Virus record (IMG/VR): IMGVR_UViG_3300035661_000004
Reading direction: 5' to 3' (one strand)
Origin: a virus
Lineage: Duplodnaviria > Caudoviricetes
Length of the DNA stretch: 64,000 nt
Notes under the pieces: model-generated
Told to the model about the DNA's origin: nothing
Database searches by the model: none
Seen by the model: the letters and a program-made list of their open reading frames with translations, nothing else
Shown here: positions 1 to 7,033 of the stretch, in pieces
Layout of the letters: the number at the start of each line of letters is the position of its first letter
Numbering within the stretch: the first letter of the stretch is position 1
Made by a program: the position numbers and the translations under genes

Positions 1-357
1 GATGATGTCAACTTGGGCTATCTTTGACCCATGGAGCCGCGCAAAGCTGTAGACATTAAGGCCCGGCATGTGGCGGAATTGGCCGTTCAAAGCCAGCTGC
101 TCTACGGCGGTTTTGACGAGCGTAACATCAGCCTCCACCGCGACGTCGATATCACCTGAGAGCTGGTCGGGCTCCTTCAAACCGGCGCTGCCGACAAGCG
201 CGATAGCTGATGACGGGAGGTTAAGCTTGACCTTGAGGTCACAGATGACCTGCATGCCGATCTCCCGAGCCTCGGCTTGGGTCAGCGGGTGGGAGCCCTT
301 GATAGCGGCGCCGCCTTCAAGGATGAGGGCTTCGGAGAGGAAGGTCTTGAAAGTCAT
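1..357 (-). CDS. Pol-beta-superfamily nucleotidyltransferase domain protein, runs off the left edge of the window
   Basis: Not in the ORF track; translated by hand from ATG at 357: MTFKTFLSEALILEGGAAIKG...LVGSAGLKEPDQLSGDIDVAV, containing the GS...DxD NTase motif. ATGA overlap with the stop of 354..827. Confidence 0.7.
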   Translation of the reverse strand, partial: MTFKTFLSEALILEGGAAIKGSHPLTQAEAREIGMQVICDLKVKLNLPSSAIALVGSAGLKEPDQLSGDIDVAVEADVTLVKTAVEQLALNGQFRHMPGLNVYSFARLHGSKIAQVDII

Positions 358-827
358 TTGATAATAAGCTTGGGGTCAATTGGCTTGCTGCAAACTAGCC
401 AAAAGCCAGTAGATATTTTCTTTTGAATGCCAAAAAATATCCACGGCAAGATATCTTTGTCAATGACAGTAATGACGCGCTCAAATTCTATGCTAGACCA
501 GCCATTCACGGTCATTAGATCGCTAATCCAATGGCTAGCGTACATGTGTTCGGGGTCGGGAAGGATGTCATCGGCGACATCACTGCCTTTCACGCTAAGC
601 GTCACCCAGTCTTCATGCTTAAGCAGATTTACTTTATTAAAGCTAAAGAAAGAGTTCTTTACGAAACCGTTAGCCAAGATTGACTCAACGTTTTCTTTAC
701 GTGTTTGATGATAGAGAACTCCAGCTGCAATCAATTTTTTGAATCTAAGCTTAGCATCCTGAACGCTTTTAGCGTCAGGGCTTGGAGCCTCATACTTATA
801 AGACTCAATGATTTGCGAGAGCTTCAT
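354..827 (-). CDS. Hypothetical late protein, possible head-internal protein
   Basis: 157-aa ORF, TAAATA at 833-838 then GGAG then ATG; N-terminus MKLSQIIES; visibly AT-richer than flanks. Confidence 0.7.
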   Translation of the reverse strand: MKLSQIIESYKYEAPSPDAKSVQDAKLRFKKLIAAGVLYHQTRKENVESILANGFVKNSFFSFNKVNLLKHEDWVTLSVKGSDVADDILPDPEHMYASHWISDLMTVNGWSSIEFERVITVIDKDILPWIFFGIQKKISTGFWLVCSKPIDPKLIIK

Positions 828-844
828 GCTCCTATTTACAAAGC

Positions 845-1063
845 CTAGATGTCGGCTGAAGGCTCGATGAAGGTTAGACCCCGCAGCTTCGCGTCCCGCA
901 TGATCAACTTGATCTCTGCGGCATAAGCCTTGTTGGCCTCATCAGCTAGCTCCTGCGCGGCTCGTTGGGTCGGGGCGTCACCGACGCTCCCATAAGACCC
1001 AGCTGCTAGCTTGTAGACGGCGTGCCACCTGCCGCCTGCGGCTTGTAAGACAACGTGTCTCAT
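845..1063 (-). CDS. Hypothetical protein
   Basis: 72-aa ORF in the co-directional run. Confidence 0.6.
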   Translation of the reverse strand: MRHVVLQAAGGRWHAVYKLAAGSYGSVGDAPTQRAAQELADEANKAYAAEIKLIMRDAKLRGLTFIEPSADI

Positions 1064-1103
1064 TGGTAGCCGCTCTTGCTAAAGCGAAGCACTGGCTTAT
1101 AGC

Positions 1104-1485
1104 TCATGCGGCCCTGCAGATGTCAAAGGCTTCCTTGTAGGTCACCTCATAGCGGCGCAACAGCTTGCGGATTGCGTTGGGGGTTGTCATGCCTGTGCGC
1201 ATGAGATCGGCGTACTCGAGGCGGATCTTGCGCCGGTCATCCTTGCCTAGCTTGCAGCACTCTGGGTCGGCATCGCTCAGGTGATGGCGATGTGCGTTGG
1301 GAGCGATGGGTTCCTCAACGGGTTTTGCAGGGCGGCCGCGCTGACGTTTAGGCGGTTCGATGTTTTCTAAGGTTCGCTCCTGCTCAGCAGCAGTAAGTTG
1401 GTTGATGATAAAAGAAAATGGTGTGCATGACTCGGTGTGCATCTGCAAGCTTCGAGTAAAGCAACTCACCTTTTGGGTGAGACAT
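1104..1485 (-). pseudogene. Frameshifted small DNA-binding-like protein with AT-hook-like KRQRGRP motif
   Basis: ATG at 1485 gives MSHPKGELLYSKLADAHRVMHTIFF; removing one T from the T-runs near 1410-1418 joins it to IINQLTAAEQER...KRQRGRPAKP of ORF 1104..1469. Confidence 0.5.
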
Positions 1486-1549
1486 CAGGTTTTAGGCCTG
1501 AAGAGGGGCGAAATTCATTTTACCACATACCGTTCTGCCGTGGCATTTA

Positions 1550-1858
1550 TTAGAAGGCATAACTTTGATATTCGATTCGGCTCATCAGGAGGTTAACCAT
1601 CAGGTGCTTTCCATTGACATAGGTAAACACCTGCTCCTTCAAGCGCTTTGATTCCTCGATGTCGAGGATCCGGAAGCGACCTTCTTTCATCGGGTAGACC
1701 TTGAAGATGGCTCTTCGGTGTTGCCTGATGATAAGCGTGGGCACCTTCGGTTCAGAGACAGCCTCAATGCGTACATCGTACGAGTCATCGAGCTTGTCGA
1801 CCAGCTCTTGCTGTGCTAGCAGCAAGATTGGCCGAAGCGGTTTAATGTCCATGAGCAC
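1550..1858 (-). CDS. Hypothetical protein
   Basis: 102-aa ORF; TATAAT-like hexamer just upstream. Confidence 0.65.
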   Translation of the reverse strand: MLMDIKPLRPILLLAQQELVDKLDDSYDVRIEAVSEPKVPTLIIRQHRRAIFKVYPMKEGRFRILDIEESKRLKEQVFTYVNGKHLMVNLLMSRIEYQSYAF

Positions 1859-1959
1859 ATTATATCCACTTCGATTCCAAAAAGAAACATCGGTTACAGC
1901 AAAAAGAACGGGCCAAGGCGCGCGTTAGGCAGCTACACCTAAGTGGATACATAGTACTC

Positions 1960-2460
1960 ATGCAAGGCTTCATCTATCTCTGGCGCGACTCGTTGCGTAA
2001 CATGTACTACATCGGCTCTCATGAAGGAGTACCGACAGACAGCTACACCTCATCGTCGCGTTGGTTCAATGGTGAATATCACTATCGACCTCAAGACTTC
2101 AAGCGTCGAATCCTTAAGATCAGCGACATTGAAGAGATTCGAAAGCTAGAATGGGATCTACTAGCCAGAATTAAGGACTGTGAGTACAATACCAAGTACT
2201 ACAATCAGAAAGTCGGTCGCAAGAAAGGTCAATTGCCATGGAATGCAGGCAAGACAATGTCTGAAGACTATTGTAAAGCTATCAGCGAAGGCCGAAAGGG
2301 GAAAGGCACGGGGAAACCTGCCTGGAACAAAGGGGTAAAGAATCCCAATGCAGCTGAAAATGGACGCAAGTCAGCTGAAAAATTGTCTAAGACAATTACA
2401 GGCAGGAAAATTGCCGTCGTTGACGGTAAGAGGACGTGGGTATATCCTGAAGGGGTGTAG
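1960..2460 (+). CDS. Free-standing GIY-YIG (Seg-like) homing endonuclease with NUMOD3-type repeats
   Basis: N-terminal GFIYLW...YYIGSH variant of GIY-YIG; C-terminal PWNAGK/AWNKG repeats; AT-rich and opposite strand to neighbours. Confidence 0.8.
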   Translation: MQGFIYLWRDSLRNMYYIGSHEGVPTDSYTSSSRWFNGEYHYRPQDFKRRILKISDIEEIRKLEWDLLARIKDCEYNTKYYNQKVGRKKGQLPWNAGKTMSEDYCKAISEGRKGKGTGKPAWNKGVKNPNAAENGRKSAEKLSKTITGRKIAVVDGKRTWVYPEGV

Positions 2461-2715
2461 CCGTTTCTGTTGCCAAGTACGGCTACGAACTCCGAAGGCT
2501 TATTAGGCCGCCATCGCGTAGACAGAGTCGTTTGCGTTTGTAATGCTTTGCGCTGCTTACGGCAGTCACCTATCGAGCGCCTATGGTCATACTACGCGTC
2601 GGTCGATCGCCAAGTCACCCCCACCGAAGAACACATGATATGTGCTTGGGTGGAGGTGCCGGGAATTGAACCCGGGTGTCGCCGCTTTTCTTACCTTCAG
2701 TTTACGCTGTTCAGC
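2455..2715 (-). ncRNA. ssrA: Circularly permuted (two-piece) tmRNA, tag (A)ANDSVYAMAA
   Basis: Minus strand: T-arm CCGGG-TTCAATT-CCCGG and 3' acceptor strand CACCTCC-A (2658-2651) come before the 5' strand GGGGGTG (2622-2616), giving a G3.U70 pair; tag frame GCA AAC GAC TCT GTC TAC GCG ATG GCG GCC TAA TAA at 2535-2500. Outer ends approximate. Confidence 0.9.
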
Positions 2716-2721
2716 TCTTAT

Positions 2722-3027
2722 TTACTTCCACGGATTCTTGTCGAGCTCTTTGTGCAAACGCTCAACGCCGATCTTGGCGATGTAAGCAGGCCCATCCTCT
2801 GACCACACGAAGAAGATCGGGTTGCCGGTGAAGAACGCCAGCATCACCTGATCCACGGTCTCCATGAAGACAGCGTGGATCATGATCCGTGTGCCCCGCA
2901 TCACGTGCAGCTTCTTGTCCCGCAGGACCACGTCATAGTCAAGCGCAAGTCGGTCGATGAACGTTTGTTGAAGCTCCAGGAGCTTGTTCTTGCTCATTTC
3001 AGCACCGCTACCATCAGCACAACGCAC
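2722..3027 (-). CDS. Hypothetical protein (start may be MSKNK near 2997)
   Basis: ORF in co-directional run; overlap pattern with 2994 stop favours the downstream start. Confidence 0.6.
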   Translation of the reverse strand: MRCADGSGAEMSKNKLLELQQTFIDRLALDYDVVLRDKKLHVMRGTRIMIHAVFMETVDQVMLAFFTGNPIFFVWSEDGPAYIAKIGVERLHKELDKNPWK

Positions 3028-3434
3028 CCGGATTGGGTATCCTCGAGGTCCATGCGGTGGGGCCGCTGATGGTTGAACTCGTAGACCTTGTCAAGCTCTA
3101 CCTGCATCGTGACGCCGTCGGCCGTGATGGTTGAGACGCCGCTAGGCAGGATGAGGGGCACAACGAGTGTGCGGTCCGTGAACCGCTCGAGGTCGAGCTC
3201 GTCAACGTGCTCCTCAGCGCCGGCGCAGACTGAGAAGTAGACGAAGTCGAGCTTCTCAACCGGCACGCCTGCGATGTAGCTCAGGTGCGTCATCAGGTGC
3301 TGAGCGGCAAGATTATGAAGCTGATGCGTTTGAAACCGCTTCGGCGTGTTGACCTTGTAGCTCAGGTACCTGATCTCGTTGGCCGCTTGGCGAAGCGGCC
3401 AGCCCACATCCACGGAGCCGATGCGGCGGATCAT
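2994..3434 (-). CDS. Hypothetical protein, possible 2OG-Fe(II)/cupin-like fold
   Basis: HVD (HxD) followed by distal FNHQRPH, the spacing typical of double-stranded beta-helix dioxygenases. Confidence 0.5.
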   Translation of the reverse strand: MIRRIGSVDVGWPLRQAANEIRYLSYKVNTPKRFQTHQLHNLAAQHLMTHLSYIAGVPVEKLDFVYFSVCAGAEEHVDELDLERFTDRTLVVPLILPSGVSTITADGVTMQVELDKVYEFNHQRPHRMDLEDTQSGCVVLMVAVLK

Positions 3435-3724
3435 CGCGGGTCTACGCCTTCAACGCGCCCCATGGTCCAGAGGCCGTTGCGTTGGTCCCCGCGTGGGTCA
3501 TTCTGCCCTTCGGTGCCGAAGAAGTCAGCTTGGCCCAGCTCATCGAGGATGTCATTTAGCGCTTCAGAGTAAGCGAGGGCGTCATCATGATCGCTAACTA
3601 TTTGGTCCTTGATTCTAGACAGCACCGTTAGCACGCGCTTCTGGGTAAGTGTCATGACACTAGAGGGAAATTCGACGGTTTCTACTGTGCTGTCTAAGGA
3701 CATCATGCGGTCTCCAAGCGCCAC
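3431..3724 (-). CDS. Hypothetical protein
   Basis: 97-aa ORF with overlapping junctions at both ends. Confidence 0.6.
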   Translation of the reverse strand: MALGDRMMSLDSTVETVEFPSSVMTLTQKRVLTVLSRIKDQIVSDHDDALAYSEALNDILDELGQADFFGTEGQNDPRGDQRNGLWTMGRVEGVDPR

Positions 3725-4638
3725 AGCGGGCGCGCAAATGAGTCATCGCGGATGATCGGCCGCCTGCAGATGTCATGTGTGCGCCCGTAGGCCAAGTGGC
3801 CACGATGGTCGGCAGGCAGGATGATGCCGGTCACCTCATGGATGAAGTCCATGCGATAGCGCATCGAGCCGCTGTACATGTAGGCGATCTGCAGCACCAC
3901 CATGGCAACCTCGCAGAACTTCAGCCAGTCCTCCGTCGGGAGGTCTTTCAGCCTAACATGCGGGTTGATGCCTGTCAGCCAGAAGGTTTCCGCCCGGTAG
4001 ATGTTGCCTAAGCCAGCGATGAAGCTTTGCTCGAGAGCGACATCGCCCATTCGCATGTTCTGCACCCGCTTCGGCGCGCCCTCCTTGAGCGCAACGACCG
4101 TGCCTTTGGCCACCGCCATGTCGGTCATCAGCTTCGGCAGCTCATTGAGCAGGTCAAAGCCGATGCGGCGCTTCAGCTCAGCTTCGGGCATGCCGTCAGG
4201 CCAGTACTCCATGTTGCCAAAGTTGCGCATGTCGGTGTAGACAGCGTGAACCTCGTCCTTATGCAGGCCGTAGTCGCCGCGAAGCTGGACTCTGGCATGC
4301 TTCAACGCCGAGTTGATGATGTCACGCATCGGCACTAGAGCGCCGCCGACATAGGCCTTCTGGTTGTTGTGAGCGACATGGATGCTGTCGGAGGCCGGGT
4401 ACCACCAACCGCTCATGCCCAGAGTGGACGTCAGCTCGCCGCCGTTGTCAAGCGTGAGCTTGATGAGTTTGCCGTGGGCCCGCACTTGTGTGACCACGCC
4501 TGGCTTGAATTTGTCAAGGCCTGGGATGCCTTTCTTGAGCAGCTTGCCTGAGACCAACTCGATGCGTTCGAGGGTGTTGCCGATCACTAGCTCGTCGAGC
4601 AGGTCGGCGTTGCGCTTAACCTCTGGACCTTCAGGCAT
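3703..4638 (-). CDS. Fpg/Nei family DNA glycosylase/AP lyase
   Basis: N-terminal MPEGPEV catalytic motif, HGK, LGMSG, and H2TH motif LEQSFIAGLGNIYRAE. Confidence 0.92.
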   Translation of the reverse strand: MPEGPEVKRNADLLDELVIGNTLERIELVSGKLLKKGIPGLDKFKPGVVTQVRAHGKLIKLTLDNGGELTSTLGMSGWWYPASDSIHVAHNNQKAYVGGALVPMRDIINSALKHARVQLRGDYGLHKDEVHAVYTDMRNFGNMEYWPDGMPEAELKRRIGFDLLNELPKLMTDMAVAKGTVVALKEGAPKRVQNMRMGDVALEQSFIAGLGNIYRAETFWLTGINPHVRLKDLPTEDWLKFCEVAMVVLQIAYMYSGSMRYRMDFIHEVTGIILPADHRGHLAYGRTHDICRRPIIRDDSFARPLWRLETA

Positions 4639-4831
4639 GCTCACCCTCGACCGACTGTGTCATGACGGCGGCGCCGTACTTGTCGGTGATCAGCAGCCCA
4701 GCCGCCTGCTCGAGCTCAGGCGTGCTGAAGCTGAAGCTGGCATACGGGCTGCTGATCGACCGAAACCGGAAGTGCCGCTCAGTCAACAGCTCGTGAATGG
4801 CGTCGTAGAGGTTTGAGGGAACGCTGATCAT
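4631..4831 (-). CDS. Hypothetical protein
   Basis: 66-aa frame from MISVPS; ATGA overlap with the stop at 4828. Confidence 0.55.
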   Translation of the reverse strand: MISVPSNLYDAIHELLTERHFRFRSISSPYASFSFSTPELEQAAGLLITDKYGAAVMTQSVEGEHA

Positions 4832-5133
4832 GCATGCACCAGCTTGTGGTGCACGCCGTTGATGACCATGTAGGTCAGCGGCCGTTTGTGCATGTCGGTC
4901 ACCGTACGCTCGCACAGCGCCAAAGCGGTCATGATGTTCTTGTCCGTCACGCCGTCCTTGTACAGGTTGAGGAAGCCCTCGCACTGCTCGTCGGTGGCGA
5001 GCTCGAACAGCTCGTAGAGAACCGCAACCTTGGCGTACTCGATCTTCGCCATGGCCTTTGAGGTCATCGCGTGCAGGTTGTCCTTGTAGGAGCTGAGTAG
5101 CGTATCAAGCGCCAGCAGCTGTTCACGTTTCAT
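4828..5133 (-). CDS. Hypothetical protein
   Basis: 101 aa from MKREQLL, the coding-like part of ORF 4828..5274. Confidence 0.6.
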   Translation of the reverse strand: MKREQLLALDTLLSSYKDNLHAMTSKAMAKIEYAKVAVLYELFELATDEQCEGFLNLYKDGVTDKNIMTALALCERTVTDMHKRPLTYMVINGVHHKLVHA

Positions 5134-5437
5134 CGTTGAGTCCTGTGAAGTGCTTGAAGTCAGGCACGTCATGCGCGCCTGGGTCACGGTCAAAGATCGC
5201 GGTTGCAAGCTCAGCGACCGTCTCGTAGTCGATGAGGAGCGGCTCTCTGTCAGGGTCATGCCCTTCATGCACACGAGCGTGCCCAGGAACCGTCACCTCG
5301 ATGCCCATGCGCCGAATGACGCCTTTGTGCGACAGCGTGAAGGTCGCGATGCTGTCGCTCAGGTACTTCAGCGAAGCGTCATCATAGCCTGCCGTCAGCA
5401 ATGCGTCTTGCAGCTGGAGGCAGAAGGCGCGGTTCAC
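5123..5437 (-). CDS. Hypothetical protein
   Basis: 104-aa ORF, overlapping junctions with both neighbours. Confidence 0.6.
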   Translation of the reverse strand: MNRAFCLQLQDALLTAGYDDASLKYLSDSIATFTLSHKGVIRRMGIEVTVPGHARVHEGHDPDREPLLIDYETVAELATAIFDRDPGAHDVPDFKHFTGLNDET

Positions 5438-5712
5438 GGCCCGCTTCGCAAGGCTTTCGCCAGCTTATCGCATGCGGCGTTATACTGGCCGAGCTCCGTT
5501 TGCCAGTAGTCCTGGTCGCTCCACTGCCCGGTGTAGCTCGGCACCTTGGCTTGAGCTTGCCGGAGCTGGATGCGAGCCTGCAGCATCTCGCAGACTGCGT
5601 CCGCGATGGCGTGAGCCCCAGGCTCTTGAGGCTCGGGAGCCTTGCCGCCGAACGCGACGTATGGCGGGCTCGAAAGGTCGGCGAAGATCTCGGTGAACAG
5701 ATTGTCTCTCAT
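5434..5712 (-). CDS. Hypothetical protein
   Basis: 92-aa ORF; the A of its ATG is the terminal A of the tRNA-Leu CCA. Confidence 0.6.
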   Translation of the reverse strand: MRDNLFTEIFADLSSPPYVAFGGKAPEPQEPGAHAIADAVCEMLQARIQLRQAQAKVPSYTGQWSDQDYWQTELGQYNAACDKLAKALRSGP

Positions 5713-5798
5713 GGTGCGCCCGGCCGGACTCGAACCGGCACGCCACTGCTGGCGTCAGGACCTAAACCTGGTGTGTCTACCAATTTCACCACGGGCGC
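5712..5798 (-). tRNA. tRNA-Leu (UAG)
   Basis: GCGCCCG/CGGGCGC acceptor, loop TT-TAG-GT, long variable arm, TTCGAGT T-loop, A73, encoded CCA. Confidence 0.95.
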
Positions 5799-5977
5799 GC
5801 TTTTGGAAAGTCCTGTGTCAAGCCCAGGCTTTCGCCATATACGTAAGCCCAACCATCTTTCCTGGACAGTATAAAAGATGAGTTCTCTATTGTGTGATCA
5901 TATGCATAGCTTGCGCTACATGATAGCCTCCATCGGCTGGTTACTCATCGGTTGCGTCGATGGGATGACGTGCTTGC

Positions 5978-6202
5978 TCAACCAGCTCGAGGATCTTTAA
6001 CCTTGCTGGCTTCAGGTAATGCTTGAACGTACGGCCGCTTGCTGAGCTCGTCGAGCGCTGTGTGGCTCTGGTGCTTCAGCACCAGCGGGTTGGTCTCAGC
6101 GTCAACGACGATGCTGAACAGCTCGTTCCCGAGCAGGGACTCGGCCATCAGGACCAGGTCCGCTTCAGGGAGAACCAACAACGCCTCTTTGAACGAGCTC
6201 AT
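5978..6202 (-). CDS. Hypothetical protein
   Basis: 74-aa ORF, ATGA overlap upstream. Confidence 0.6.
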   Translation of the reverse strand: MSSFKEALLVLPEADLVLMAESLLGNELFSIVVDAETNPLVLKHQSHTALDELSKRPYVQALPEASKVKDPRAG

Positions 6203-6498
6203 GCGACCACCAGAATCTTGGCCTTGCTGAGCTGTGGCAGGCGGATCACGGTGTCGAGCGTGGGCTTCAGCAGCCAGCTCTTGACGGTGCCGTCATGCTT
6301 CTTGTCAACATGGCTGACATAGAACGAGGCCTCCTCGCCCGAGCCTGTCGAGATGACGTGCATGCCTTCATCGGCGGTGCGGTCATTGACAGGCTCGAAG
6401 ATCGGGAGGCCTCGAGCGGCGTGCTGCAGGACGCCAGCACGTGTTACCAGCATACCCAAGTGCTTGCTGAAGTTGAACAGGTTGCTTGGGTATTGCAT
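6199..6498 (-). CDS. Hypothetical protein
   Basis: 99 aa from MQYPSN, downstream of the promoter at 6531-6558. Confidence 0.6.
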   Translation of the reverse strand: MQYPSNLFNFSKHLGMLVTRAGVLQHAARGLPIFEPVNDRTADEGMHVISTGSGEEASFYVSHVDKKHDGTVKSWLLKPTLDTVIRLPQLSKAKILVVA

Positions 6499-6530
6499 GG
6501 CAGTCTCGCTGTTTGGGATTCGGTAGGATG

Positions 6531-6558
6531 ATTGTATCACAAAGCCAAGCCTTGTAAA
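6531..6558 (-). promoter_or_regulatory. Sigma70-like phage promoter TTTACA-N16-TACAAT
   Basis: Direct motif match; same consensus recurs more than a dozen times in the window. Confidence 0.7.
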
Positions 6559-6578
6559 CACATCATCCAGGCCGAAGC

Positions 6579-7001
6579 TTACTTCAGCGATTCCAGCAGG
6601 GCCTGCAGGTCCTCGACGGACATGTCGTTGATGGCGTTGGCCTTCTTGTCGTCGATGGCCTTCATCACCAGCTGGCGCTGAGCGGCGCGAGCGGCGGCGT
6701 TGGCGGCGGCCGTGCGTTCGGTCGAGATGACGTCGATGACGTACTTGACGACCTCGAGCTTCAGCGGCGTGACGACGTCAGCCGGCTTGGCGCTGGCCGT
6801 GACGAAGCTGGTCGGCTCGTCATTGTCGGCCTTGGCCTTGCGGAACAGAGACTTGGCGATGTCGTCCAGGTTGGCCTTGCCGGTGCCCGAGGTCAGCGGC
6901 AGGTCCCACAGGTCCTCGATGGCCAGCGCGCCCTTCGGCGTGTCGAAGCGCCACTTCTGGCGGGAGGCCTGCAGCAGCAGGTTGTCGATGTTGGTTGTCA
7001 T
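6579..7001 (-). CDS. Conserved-looking phage hypothetical protein
   Basis: 140 aa, strong GC3 coding bias, AAGGAAG RBS. Confidence 0.75.
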   Translation of the reverse strand: MTTNIDNLLLQASRQKWRFDTPKGALAIEDLWDLPLTSGTGKANLDDIAKSLFRKAKADNDEPTSFVTASAKPADVVTPLKLEVVKYVIDVISTERTAAANAAARAAQRQLVMKAIDDKKANAINDMSVEDLQALLESLK

Positions 7002-7033
7002 GATGTGCTTCCTTTCAGTGTTGCACGGGTGGA

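Noticed and set aside
1404-1420. Programmed ribosomal frameshift at TTC TTT T, and similarly at other split genes
   Set aside because: No consistent slippery heptamer or stimulatory structure, and both +1 and -1 cases occur in homopolymers; mutation or sequencing error is simpler.
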